A DNA stretch of 64,000 bases from Firmicutes bacterium CAG:341 (GTDB lineage Bacteria > Bacillota > Clostridia > Oscillospirales > Acutalibacteraceae), in the NCBI GenBank assembly GCA_000434995.1, contig FR895304.1, positions 29,582-93,581 on the forward strand, given 5' to 3'. Positions 9,501 to 17,911 of the stretch are shown here, in pieces. Position 1 is the stretch's first letter. Each line of letters starts with the position of its first letter. Both the position numbers and the translations under genes were made by a program. The notes beneath the pieces were generated by a model. The model was not told the origin of the DNA and searched no databases. It worked only from the letters and a program-made list of their open reading frames with translations.

Positions 9501-12273
9501 AAGAATACTTCACAATCGGGAATACTTTATCTGTTGGACTAACATTGCAATTAAACCATTTATTTGTCATATCGTTTTGCTTAGATGTTTCATATGACAA
9601 ACCTGATATTTCAGTTTTATCCTGTGCAAATTTAGCGTTTGACTTCGCATATACTTTTTTATTCGTTTTATCCAAATTCGGCATATAATCTGCAACGTTA
9701 AAGTCTACGCTAATGTCAGGTACGCTGTTATCCTTGTTAACAACTTCGGCAGTTTGCAAATCTGAAACAGAAAAGTCGTTAACTTTATTATTAAATTCAG
9801 CACGCTTATTAAATTCAACAGTATCACCAAGAAAAACATCTGTTTTGTTTGGAAGTGATTGCGATGAAAGGCTATTATAAGTTCCGTCATTTTTAACACG
9901 GTCATACTTTTCAGATACAGAAATATTTTCATCCTTAATCGTTTTCTTTTTAGCCTGAACAGCGTCATTTGCGTATTTACCGCTGATATTATCATCAAAA
10001 TACTTTTTATTGGCAACATCTGCAAATTTATAAGACTTTTTATATTCGTTTACAAACTCACTTGGAGTTTTAAGAACATCTTTAGAATTATAAAGTTTAT
10101 ATCCTTTATAAGTAGTATGATCATCACCTTCGAGTTTAGTGAGACCGCCGCTCTTTGTTTCCATAAACTGAGTAAAGAACGGTGAAGTATCCTTGGATGT
10201 TAATTTTGTAACATTGGAATAAGTCGAGTCATCATAGCTTGTTTTATCAAGGATACCTTGAAGTTGAGTGCCAAGGTCAGCAACAGCAGAACGAACTGTT
10301 GCACTTGAATCAGCATTGGTATCAAAATCATCTTTTGATTTAATTGAATTTGAAACCGACTTATTAGTCATACGAACAAAGTATGGCTTAAGGTTAGGTG
10401 TTGTAATAAATCCGTCTTCGCCAAGTCTTTGCTGGAATGTTTTATACATAGCATACTTGGCGTCGATAGCAGTAGCAGACCTGCTGTATGTTGAACCCGG
10501 GCCTTCGCTGTGTGTATTAGCATAGTCACGGTCAACTTTATCACCTGTGACTTTAATTGTATATTTATTATTACCCGAACCTACTTCTAACTGATAATCA
10601 AGCGTATCTTTTGTATCTGCTTCGTTTTGGAAAAGAAGTTCAGTTGAATTTGCTTTATAAAGTTGGTCTTCATTATTACTGATTTGGTCAAAAAGCTTGC
10701 TTTTTTCAAATACAATGCCGTCAGTTTCAGTTGACGAAGCATTTGTATTGCTGTCAGTATAAGCCTGTTCAAGCATAGCCTTTGAATCGGTTCTGTTTAT
10801 ATCATAAACAATAGCTTCCTGACCGGCAAGTGTAATAACCTTATTATCCTTATCAAAAATAAGATTATCTTTTTGAGCCTTAATTTCATCTTGCTGTTTT
10901 TGTGTGATAACTCCGCTCTTTGACTCAATAAATGCGTCAGCTTTTTGCTGATATTTTTCCTTCAAGGTTGCAAGATTGGTTACATCTGCATAGTCAATCA
11001 TATTGAGAATGGCGAGAGCAGTTTGTGTTTTTTCAATCTTTTGCTGGTTTTGAACATAGAGGTGAACACTGTCTTCATTCCAGCTTGTATTTGTAAAGTT
11101 AATATCCTTTACAGCTGTATAAGTAACCTGACCGTAATCATTAGCAGAATTATCCCCGCTTGTGCTTTGTGTATAGTTTTCATATACATATACAGGGATT
11201 TTTTCCATCTTATATTCAGGTTCTTTTTCATATACATAATTACCGTCGGCATCAGTAATAAAGTTACCGTTTTCATCGGTTTTATAAATAGGGTTACCGT
11301 TAGCATCTTTTTTAGGCTGGTTGGTATAAATTATATTACCTTTACTGTCGGTTTTAGGTACAGGGTTACCGTTTTCATCCTTAACTACTTGGTAAAGGTA
11401 ATTACCGTTTTCATCAGTCTGATATTTAGGTGAGCCATCCGGGTTGACAGCCTGCTTTGGTTTACCGTTGGAATCTTTCTTGGCTTCCTGCAAGTTTCCG
11501 TCTTTAATACGCGAAACATTAACAGCCTGCACGCCGATGTCAATAGTTGAATTTGAATGAATATCACCATTGGTAATAGCTTCCGAAAGGTTAATATGAA
11601 CAAGGTCGGTATAATTCGGAGTTCCACCAAAAAAGCCGATAAGAGGCTGAATAAGGTTTTCATTAACACCATTTAAAAACGACTCAAGACCGCTTGAAAG
11701 AATATTCGTTACAGTACCGGTTCTGCCGTTAATTTGCATTGCAGCGTCAGCGTTAGTACCGTTTGAAGAGCCTGCAAAAAGGGTATAGTTTAAAGCTCTC
11801 GGCATACGGTTAGTATAATCTGCGCTGACTTTTACAAAAGAAGATGAATGAAGCATAAGTGAATCAAGATGAAGAAGAGGGCCAAAGATTGTTCCCGTTT
11901 CAACCTTAACTTCGAGCTTCAAATAACCTGTGGTAAGGTAATCATCCGCAGCGGCAGCTTCGTCAAGAAGACCTCGCTTTGTTATCTTGATTTGAATCTT
12001 ATCTTCATCGTAATTCATACCGTTCTTTTTAAGATATGAAAGCGCAGTTTTCTTCATATCCTCATCAGTAGATTCGATTGAGGCCGCAACAGCAGTAGCT
12101 GCCGAATCAGCAGCATTTTGAAGGCGAGCCTGCCTGTAATAGAATAAACCGAAATCCATAATCATTGCAACAATAAGAAGAAATGCAGTCGTTGCAAAAA
12201 TAGACGCAAACATAACAGCGCCCTGTTCATTACTATGCTTTTTCTTTTGATTATTTGGTTTCAAGTTACTCAC
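3595..12273 (-). CDS. Giant 2892-aa protein with an N-terminal TadG/TadE-like pseudopilin domain followed by long Asn/Gly-rich beta-helix-like repeats. Putative Tad-pilus-associated adhesin.
   Basis: N-terminus GAVMFASIFATTAFLLIVAMIMDFGLFYYRQARLQNAADSAATAVAAS matches the Tad N-terminal (PF13400-like) signature. It is the last gene of the tad operon. GTG/TTG start. Repetitive NxxGxL/GNxxV beta-strand-like repeats run throughout. Confidence 0.8.
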   Translation of the reverse strand: MSNLKPNNQKKKHSNEQGAVMFASIFATTAFLLIVAMIMDFGLFYYRQARLQNAADSAATAVAASIESTDEDMKKTALSYLKKNGMNYDEDKIQIKITKRGLLDEAAAADDYLTTGYLKLEVKVETGTIFGPLLHLDSLMLHSSSFVKVSADYTNRMPRALNYTLFAGSSNGTNADAAMQINGRTGTVTNILSSGLESFLNGVNENLIQPLIGFFGGTPNYTDLVHINLSEAITNGDIHSNSTIDIGVQAVNVSRIKDGNLQEAKKDSNGKPKQAVNPDGSPKYQTDENGNYLYQVVKDENGNPVPKTDSKGNIIYTNQPKKDANGNPIYKTDENGNFITDADGNYVYEKEPEYKMEKIPVYVYENYTQSTSGDNSANDYGQVTYTAVKDINFTNTSWNEDSVHLYVQNQQKIEKTQTALAILNMIDYADVTNLATLKEKYQQKADAFIESKSGVITQKQQDEIKAQKDNLIFDKDNKVITLAGQEAIVYDINRTDSKAMLEQAYTDSNTNASSTETDGIVFEKSKLFDQISNNEDQLYKANSTELLFQNEADTKDTLDYQLEVGSGNNKYTIKVTGDKVDRDYANTHSEGPGSTYSRSATAIDAKYAMYKTFQQRLGEDGFITTPNLKPYFVRMTNKSVSNSIKSKDDFDTNADSSATVRSAVADLGTQLQGILDKTSYDDSTYSNVTKLTSKDTSPFFTQFMETKSGGLTKLEGDDHTTYKGYKLYNSKDVLKTPSEFVNEYKKSYKFADVANKKYFDDNISGKYANDAVQAKKKTIKDENISVSEKYDRVKNDGTYNSLSSQSLPNKTDVFLGDTVEFNKRAEFNNKVNDFSVSDLQTAEVVNKDNSVPDISVDFNVADYMPNLDKTNKKVYAKSNAKFAQDKTEISGLSYETSKQNDMTNKWFNCNVSPTDKVFPIVKYSCSITGSASSVVYGSLNVTNGKNMDVGQKGGNATLIVKDNINVSDGELQIRKNSVVFVFGDVYCKALVMESGARLYVQGNFACKSATVDENSLVYIGGTTTSDDGMTLNKDATLNSYGDVICKDNVVLGEGAKINTHGNFTCLPNDDNKAVTINSNALIKVQGNFNCKKLSMLSNSNLYVAGNITCNSTDFSSGSDNQVIYCGGNAVIHNDFASNRIIKAKGTLQLNNVNITAANQDNLYAGGGIVCGDFNANGGTNSIDLCYPITVNSTLRLSENSTVKSSSDITIKAADLKGNNTIQTRGKFTVTENFVVTNASKIIVDGAAKFKSLYLNDSSQLHANSGFNVDGVLQLTNESAVYTNNAVQITGDISLYDSAKVIVNGKLTAKRIATSVNSSLIQARDIVFTQTSDNSGQFNIACRIECWGDITFNCYVNVVSGSEVIAKGNINANGIFKGNKNKNGKTGLDISGTIYSVQNVNTLYPLKLQSGKLYCAGDLQAAQTDSIEFNEAVQIKGTSELYVTGIVNSGIERRFKLYSDNGEKGSIVSIFGLNGNSGGYINALSSNIDEFTNNQPESRIYLGDGSIEQTATKSNLTFSKQFVNDGSLYLYGSLSVSHNNIVGNNGGLTLIGGNLTMSSGAISLSNSHRLIVLGYLSSNDAVNLNSSSKLYVAKYISINGLYGSTITLNDNSYIIIGGSTQNYCSSIDINGGSKFWSLAPVWTTYVVNVESSSADNLSEFFSNGKHTISQTDTAGKKTDVVINGLYIADNIGDKILNSLTIKEFGNITHNGSLTVLSSLKVESGGYLCIKDEVQLGSVSAFSSHSAKISNGGNMYLMGGLNIVNSGGSTNDPEIAFTSDNADTFIAGDASKTLTLKGALHTRGTVNIGYSLDIKGTNKVDGMENRGVGLCVLSGTTNIGGNVSLNDGEALFVKSGSLGIQGDVNMACTVYNYGKMYILGNLNVDWSKSQYITDKEDGDLHQGYSLKNGKTVGTVDAYLYIGGTNELKFYGYVKNCGEIYSNAGMQITGWCDMPSGAINSDTAIINYKNAKAHFGGAVNLNSNAFYNAENAVFDCDGDYTYGIVTINLGKFAVSGNVEMNKDSLNTSKWRNEKSMSFMNGVDSINGTEFKKATVYIGGNLKLGSNEKDGNAGSYFTMGTTYIGGDLLDYCNRGNSYYATAIWAYNHSNTFIGGDCFGGAGIAAGNNSIFMVGGDYQSKRATKINIEMFTYNAVDATYYSFCDDKRSYHDDFDKNPNKYRSSYFYVGGNMLNNTLGESLWTKSLSTVPENNSRDLDIYSNANVYVGGSLYTYSRVYMKQNVTLAVAGQKSLNDPDTISIIKNAIFDSSKKSDLDAIRMENLIKNNDYRFLIFQCLDENICSKIIVNGNMYVRDTAKIRDMTKNYINGKFTCDDFVEIGKSLLDDDEDRSQASDVNGKFFTKGDSLKKYTFANAGYTYVGGNFESGKYTKVYASTTLRVKDDFISNKYLTLRHDAKIYVGKKLKALTSVEGGSYSEFHVGGSLQASTSWIKIRDCTTVSVGGNVTALSYIELGKSGDYTRTINGNTVTENTAKGVTEGKEPEYSDSKGDNEKTDGSTDAGKDDNDTPLTNDGANIKNELQADSSDNAKGGTFFIGQSLVSYGGQIFEYGYSQVAVGNYVFTPKYLTLRHNADLWVMPETFKNATYKYKPYVSDSDGSLWGDILDALKKFGYNLKEEFKPKQGSIYTLGSLTLNKNASIMGTYDCLVQGQCVLRQDALIYLGHDFTCMASSLNVNIDSIKGNTSLAGFDSRGTSSADGQTSFPVLIYADNNININTTIDMRLTYLVANKGDVNLFNFYSKADNAEYNAKQLPNSIASYQGNIKYFAGYGKLGALFYAPNGKLDFDGWYQEIWGCGIADTIEDNAYYFNLHRFQNWRTLDLHLAQSGNIFIISENEYNNASDKVFNYDLDDSNTDMATGGSSVFFPRDVLDNIPGENY

Positions 12274-12309
12274 ACCCTTTCTGCTAAATTATGAGATTAA
12301 ACAGATGTA

Positions 12310-12966
12310 TTATTCGTTTGTTTCGCCGACATCTTCTACCTTTGAATGAGCAAGTGAAAGCTCTGTCTGAAGACGATAAATCAAGTCTTCAGCTTTATCA
12401 ATTGCACTTTCATAAATGCGTGCAATTTCTGTATACTTTTTATCAGCTTCGTTAGTCATACCTGACTCAATTTCTTCTCTCAAAGATTTAATTTCTGTTC
12501 TGTTTTTATCAACTTTCTTTGTGAGATGTGCAACATCACGCTGCAAATCTCTGTTTTTATCTTCAAGCTTTTTATTTTCTTCGCCTAAAAGTCTATTTTT
12601 AGAAATAAGAGAATCTATTTTTGCTTGGTATTCTTCAACAACAGAAGTGTCAAGGCTTGAACCTTTACTCGTTTCCTGTGCCTGTAAAGTATCACGCTGT
12701 GCGCGTATATCTTCAAGCAATTTTGTTAATTTTTCAACTTCGCCTTTAGATTGCGAAAGTTCGTATTCAAGCATTGATTTAGAATTTTTCAATTCTTCAA
12801 ATCGCTGGTCAAAAAGTTCACCTGCATTTTTATTTGTAGCAAGCAAATTAGAAATATATTCATTTACCTGCTTAATATCGTAGCCGCGTAAAACCTTGTC
12901 AAAACCAAAGTCTTGTGTTGCCGAACCGAGTATTTTGTTTCTGTCAACTACATCATTGTTTGTCAT
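12310..12966 (-). CDS. DivIVA-domain coiled-coil protein inside the tad operon.
   Basis: N-terminal FGFDKVLRGYDIKQVNEYISNL matches the DivIVA/GpsB domain. The rest is heptad-rich coiled coil. Confidence 0.6.
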   Translation of the reverse strand: MTNNDVVDRNKILGSATQDFGFDKVLRGYDIKQVNEYISNLLATNKNAGELFDQRFEELKNSKSMLEYELSQSKGEVEKLTKLLEDIRAQRDTLQAQETSKGSSLDTSVVEEYQAKIDSLISKNRLLGEENKKLEDKNRDLQRDVAHLTKKVDKNRTEIKSLREEIESGMTNEADKKYTEIARIYESAIDKAEDLIYRLQTELSLAHSKVEDVGETNE

Positions 12967-13059
12967 AAAAAAGATTCTCCATTTGCGTAATTTATATATT
13001 TAACGAACTATATTCCAATGCACAATTGCGTTTTGCAAGCACATTGGAATTATCATTCA

Positions 13060-13404
13060 TTATTTAAAGTCTAAAACATCACCTTCGGCAAGACCTAATT
13101 TATCAGCCACACCTGAGCAAAGTTCCAAAACTTTATATCCGTTTTTAACCTTTTTTCGCACCTTTTTCGGAGGTACTGCCCTATCAATAAACAATATTTC
13201 ATTATTTTTGGAAAGAGCAACGGTATCAATATCAAAATTCATCCCGAAAGTATGAATTTCATTGCAGGGAGTCAGCAAAAGCCCGTGGTTTTCTGCCATA
13301 CCCTTTCTATACATCAGCCCCATAAAGCGAGTAAAAAAATGATTTGCATTTTCACACTCATCAAGAATAAGCTGGCCGTTTTTATATATTTTCAAAAGTG
13401 CCAT
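13060..13404 (-). CDS. DUF192 (COG1430) family protein.
   Basis: 114 aa. FTRFMGLM...GLLL.PCNEIHTFGMNF.ID..F...N motifs typical of DUF192. Confidence 0.65.
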   Translation of the reverse strand: MALLKIYKNGQLILDECENANHFFTRFMGLMYRKGMAENHGLLLTPCNEIHTFGMNFDIDTVALSKNNEILFIDRAVPPKKVRKKVKNGYKVLELCSGVADKLGLAEGDVLDFK

Positions 13405-14354
13405 TAGAACAAACCGCCTAATCCTCCTGCACCACCCATTTCGTTTTTAACCTGGATGATAACAGGACCTAATACAATGCAAATAATTGCCGGAAGAATG
13501 AGAAATACCGTAGGAATAGTCATTTTGGTAGGTACTTTTGCTGCCACGGTTTTAATTTCTTCCCTCTTATTTATTCTCAACTGCTCTGACTGAGCCTGAA
13601 GAACATTTGTAATAGGAATACCAAGCTGATTTGCCTGAATTACAGCTGATACGAAAGTTTTAAGTTCATCAACATCCGTTGAATTTGAAAGGTCTTTTAA
13701 TGCGTCATTTCTGTTTCTGCCAAGTTGAATTTGCTTAAACACAGTAATAAGTTCATCAATAAGCGGGCCTTCCATACGCTCTGAAATTTTAACAAGCGAA
13801 GCATCAAAGCTAAGTCCGGCTTCCATACATACACTCATAAGGTCAAGCGTATCAGCAAGCTGTGCTCTGATTGCGCCCTGATGTGATTTAACCTTACTGT
13901 TAAGGAACATATTAGGACCAAGAAGTGCTAAAAGAACACCGACTAAAATAGGAATAAAGAAATATTGCGTAACATTTATAAGTAAAATACTAATACCCAA
14001 AAACAATACTATTGTCAAAATGATAAATGCCATTTTGAAAAATTTAAAGTTAGATACTGAAATATGTAATCCGGCTTTTCTAAGCTTTTTTGCTATCTGC
14101 TCATTTTCAGCTTTTACTCTGGCACTCTTGCTTTGATTCTCGTTGTTTTTATTGCTCATTTTGTCAATCATAGGTTTTATGTTTCTTTCATAAAACGATG
14201 TTTCAACATTTTTATAATCAGCCTTAACAACATCTTTGCCAAGTGTTTTCATTCTGCGTAAATTTTTGTCTTCTTCAGTACCTTTTCTTCCTAAAAGCAC
14301 TACAACAATGCATAAAGCAAAACAAGCATATGAAATAACTATAAAAGGTATCAT
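13404..14354 (-). CDS. tadC: Tad pilus inner-membrane platform protein TadC (type II secretion F family).
   Basis: 316 aa polytopic membrane protein with a T2SSF-like domain, adjacent to tadB and tadA. Confidence 0.75.
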   Translation of the reverse strand: MIPFIVISYACFALCIVVVLLGRKGTEEDKNLRRMKTLGKDVVKADYKNVETSFYERNIKPMIDKMSNKNNENQSKSARVKAENEQIAKKLRKAGLHISVSNFKFFKMAFIILTIVLFLGISILLINVTQYFFIPILVGVLLALLGPNMFLNSKVKSHQGAIRAQLADTLDLMSVCMEAGLSFDASLVKISERMEGPLIDELITVFKQIQLGRNRNDALKDLSNSTDVDELKTFVSAVIQANQLGIPITNVLQAQSEQLRINKREEIKTVAAKVPTKMTIPTVFLILPAIICIVLGPVIIQVKNEMGGAGGLGGLF

Positions 14355-14366
14355 AATAACACTTCC

Positions 14367-15359
14367 TTACATTTTGATAGTGGTAATTTTTTTGATAAGT
14401 AAGAAGCAGAGAAGTTCTAATCCACCGGCAACACAAAGAAGTATTATACCGATTTTTTCGTGGAACATAGGTGTTACGAAATCCGAATTTACCAAAGCAA
14501 ACATACCTAATATCGCAACAGGCATACATCCTACAATTGTACCTGACATCTTACCCGAAGCGGTAGCAGATTTAAGTTCCTGCTGAAGTTTCATTCTGTC
14601 CTTAATGGTATCTGAAATATTTTCAAGAATTTGAGAAAGGTTACCACCTGTTTGCCTTTGGACAAGAACTGCCGAAATCATAAGCTGAAGATGCTTACTT
14701 TTAATTCTTGTTGACATCTTATCAAGAGCTTCTTCCATTGAAGAACCCATACTCATTTCTTTAATTACCAATGCAAACTCACTGCTGATAGGGGCATCCA
14801 TATCTTTACTAATAGTTTCCATAGCCTGTGAAAAGCTAAGACCTGATTTTAAACAAGAGCAAGCAATAATAAGCGCATCACTAAGCTGGGATTCAAACTT
14901 TTTAACTTTTTGCTTTTGCTTAATTTTGATTAAGAACATCGGCAGGAAAAGGCAAACAACCATAACAGCCAATGCAACAATCGAGTTTTGCAAGAATAAT
15001 ACAATAAGACCTGCCGGAACAACCGTTACCAAAAGCCAAATTGTCAAAAATTCTTCAGGTCGCATTTTCATATCGGCTCTTTGAAGCTCGGTATAAAGTG
15101 CACTTGCAAATTTTTCAAAAAAGCCGCCCTGCTTTTTCTTTTCTTTATTTTTTGCTTTAATTCTGCTTTCGTGCTTTACTAAAGCATAATTTTCACTGTC
15201 GCCCTCATTTTTTTTGAGTTCATCAAGTCTTTTATCGGCAGCAACTTGATCCTTTGTAAGAATAGAAGAAATAAGAAATGCCAATACAAAACCGAAAAGA
15301 GCAATTGAAACAGCAAAAATGATTGTAATTATAGTAATATTAGTCGAGGAACCAGTCAT
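14367..15359 (-). CDS. tadB: Tad pilus inner-membrane platform protein TadB (type II secretion F family).
   Basis: 330 aa polytopic membrane protein with a T2SSF-like domain, downstream of the cpaF-type ATPase. Confidence 0.75.
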   Translation of the reverse strand: MTGSSTNITIITIIFAVSIALFGFVLAFLISSILTKDQVAADKRLDELKKNEGDSENYALVKHESRIKAKNKEKKKQGGFFEKFASALYTELQRADMKMRPEEFLTIWLLVTVVPAGLIVLFLQNSIVALAVMVVCLFLPMFLIKIKQKQKVKKFESQLSDALIIACSCLKSGLSFSQAMETISKDMDAPISSEFALVIKEMSMGSSMEEALDKMSTRIKSKHLQLMISAVLVQRQTGGNLSQILENISDTIKDRMKLQQELKSATASGKMSGTIVGCMPVAILGMFALVNSDFVTPMFHEKIGIILLCVAGGLELLCFLLIKKITTIKM

Positions 15360-16692
15360 TGTTTACACTCACTCCGTTTTCTCGTATTTTTTCAACACAT
15401 TTTGGAATAATACCTGTTGCTTTAAACGAACCTTTAAACTTACCGTTTGCATCCATTTCACCCTCTGTTTCATAAGTGAAAATATCCTGCATACGAATAA
15501 CATCACCCTCCATACCTACAATTTCAGATACAGAAGTTACCTTTCTTGAACCATCCCTAAGACGAGCCTGCTGAACAATAAGGTTAATCGCGGAAGCAAC
15601 TTGGTCCCTAATAGCTTTAGACGGAAGTTCCGAACCGGACATCATAACCATTGTTTCAATACGCGAAATCGAGTCCCTTGGGGAATTGGCGTGGATAGTA
15701 GTAAGTGAACCGTCATGACCGGTGTTCATAGCCTGAAGCATGTCAAGTGTTTCTTCACTACGAACCTCACCTACGATAATTCTGTCAGGCCTCATACGAA
15801 GGGAGTTAACAACTAAATCACGAATAGAAATTCGACCTTTACCTTCCATATTGGCAGGACGCGCTTCAAGCGTTAAAACATGCTCTTGGTGAAGCTGAAC
15901 TTCGGCAGAGTCTTCAATTGTAATAATTCTTTCATCAGTCGGAATATATGAAGACAATACATTAAGAAGTGTAGTTTTACCTGAACCGGTACCACCTGAA
16001 ACGATTATATTAAGTTTACCTTTAACAGCAGCTTCAAGGAAAAGGAGCATTTTAGAAGAAACAGAACCCCAAGTCAAAAGATTTTCTGCCGAAATAGGTG
16101 TTTTACCGAATTTACGAATTGTAAGAATAGGGCCTACGAGAGATACGGGAGGAATAATTACATTTACACGCGAACCGTCAAGAAGTCTGGCATCACACAT
16201 CGGGCTTGATTCATCAACATGCCTGCCTACACGGGATACGATTCTGTCAATTATTTGCATAAGGTGCTGGTCATCTTTAAATTGAATATCGGTAAGTACA
16301 AGTTTACCGTGTGATTCAACATAAACATGGTCATGACCGTTAACCATAATTTCAGAATATTCATCACTGTCAACAAGGCACTGAATAGGGCCGTAACCCA
16401 TAATATCATCATAAAGCTGCTCTTTAACAGTATCTCTGTCAACACGGGGAATATTGTATTCCGGCTTTTCAACATATTCATTGATAAGCGCACGCATTGA
16501 ATCATCTGTTACAACTTCGCCGGAACTTATTTGCTGTTCAATGATTGCGTTATGAATTCGTGTTTTTGTTTCAGCAAATGGATCTTCAACAGCAATTCGT
16601 GCTAATTTATCATTTGAAGCATCGTGAGTTAAAGGACTCACTTGCATTGGCTGTGGTTCTCCATTTACACCGTATCTATCTAACAATCCCAT
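15340..16692 (-). CDS. tadA: Tad pilus assembly ATPase CpaF/TadA (VirB11-like secretion ATPase).
   Basis: 450 aa. Walker A GGTGSGKTTLLNVL. CpaF-type sequence throughout. Confidence 0.9.
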   Translation of the reverse strand: MGLLDRYGVNGEPQPMQVSPLTHDASNDKLARIAVEDPFAETKTRIHNAIIEQQISSGEVVTDDSMRALINEYVEKPEYNIPRVDRDTVKEQLYDDIMGYGPIQCLVDSDEYSEIMVNGHDHVYVESHGKLVLTDIQFKDDQHLMQIIDRIVSRVGRHVDESSPMCDARLLDGSRVNVIIPPVSLVGPILTIRKFGKTPISAENLLTWGSVSSKMLLFLEAAVKGKLNIIVSGGTGSGKTTLLNVLSSYIPTDERIITIEDSAEVQLHQEHVLTLEARPANMEGKGRISIRDLVVNSLRMRPDRIIVGEVRSEETLDMLQAMNTGHDGSLTTIHANSPRDSISRIETMVMMSGSELPSKAIRDQVASAINLIVQQARLRDGSRKVTSVSEIVGMEGDVIRMQDIFTYETEGEMDANGKFKGSFKATGIIPKCVEKIRENGVSVNNDWFLD

Positions 16693-16696
16693 TTAA

Positions 16697-17890
16697 TTAT
16701 TTCTTCTTTCCAAATGCTTTTTTCTTCTTTGTACCTGCCGTTAAAGTGCCTTCTCTTTCCATAATAAGCTTATTCGCAAAAGAAGAAATATCTTTGGCAA
16801 TTACTGCTCTCGGCTTATATGTAATAAGCGGCTGACCGCTGTTGAGTGAGCTGTTTACTGTTTTCAAATCACTTGAAATTACAGCGTAAGCATCTATGCC
16901 GAGAAGATTTTCATAGTCGCTGATTTTTACATTATTCTTTTTAACATTTTTATTTATAATAAGTTTTACTTTATCCTGCTGGTTGATTTGAGACAATACA
17001 TTTTGGCAAAGCTTTGCACGCTTTAATGAAAGAATATTAACATCATTAACCATAAATATATCATCACTTGATTCAAGTGCTGTAATTACAGGGTCAGTCA
17101 ATGCACAGCCACAATCAAGAATAATATATTCATAATAATTACGCGCTACATCAATAATTGCTTTTGTATGATTTGACTGAATATACTCTGCAAGTTCAGG
17201 CGAACTTGGAGAAGCAAGCACCGAAAGACCGGAAGCGTGAGTACAACAGCAGGAAGATAAATTATCAATAGAAATACCGTTAGTATCTCTTGCAAGGTCA
17301 ACTATTGTTTCACTTGGGTTAAGGTCAAGTGCCATATCTGCGTCACCAAACTGCAAATCAAGGTCAACCAAAAGTACCTTTTTGCCGAGTGTTGCAAGAT
17401 ATACAGCAGTATTTGTACAAATGGTAGTTTTACCTACACCGCCTTTACCGCTGAAAAATGCATAAACTCTTGAACGAACTTTTTTAGTAACATTAAAATT
17501 TTGATTAAGCTTTTTTTCGTTACCTACGATACTTTTAACCGTATTTAAAAATTCTTCATTGCCGATATTGACATTCATTACGCGCCTAATACCGCTTTGA
17601 GCCGCGTTATTTACAAGGTCGACCGTAACATTATCAGTCATAATGATTGCAGAGCAACCAAATGAACCCAAGTTAATATCTTCAACAAAAGTCAAAAATT
17701 CAGGTGTTATTTCATCACTGTCTAAAACAAAAACTACAACATCAGGAACAAAACCCTGAATTCTCATTTTAGATTCAGGCTGAAAATCAGCGTAACCGAT
17801 AATTGAAAGTTCATCGTTTACGATTTTATTCTTAACTGCAACTTTATATTCTGTTTTTTCTGCACATACTACAATGTTTATACTGCTCAT
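16697..17890 (-). CDS. tadZ: TadZ/CpaE: an N-terminal receiver-like domain fused to a ParA/MinD-like ATPase.
   Basis: 397 aa. Deviant Walker A SGKGGVGKTT. N-terminal pseudo-receiver domain. Confidence 0.8.
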   Translation of the reverse strand: MSSINIVVCAEKTEYKVAVKNKIVNDELSIIGYADFQPESKMRIQGFVPDVVVFVLDSDEITPEFLTFVEDINLGSFGCSAIIMTDNVTVDLVNNAAQSGIRRVMNVNIGNEEFLNTVKSIVGNEKKLNQNFNVTKKVRSRVYAFFSGKGGVGKTTICTNTAVYLATLGKKVLLVDLDLQFGDADMALDLNPSETIVDLARDTNGISIDNLSSCCCTHASGLSVLASPSSPELAEYIQSNHTKAIIDVARNYYEYIILDCGCALTDPVITALESSDDIFMVNDVNILSLKRAKLCQNVLSQINQQDKVKLIINKNVKKNNVKISDYENLLGIDAYAVISSDLKTVNSSLNSGQPLITYKPRAVIAKDISSFANKLIMEREGTLTAGTKKKKAFGKKK

Positions 17891-17911
17891 GGGGACTCTC
17901 CTCGTAGTTTA

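Noticed and set aside
3774-11672. Many 60-160-aa ORFs on both strands inside the giant gene (e.g. 8083-8385 +, 10945-11433 +, 5607-5846 -).
   Set aside because: They lie entirely within the giant coding frame and are low-complexity and Ile/Phe/Cys-rich, as expected from out-of-frame readings of a repetitive gene. None has its own ribosome-binding site or a recognisable motif.
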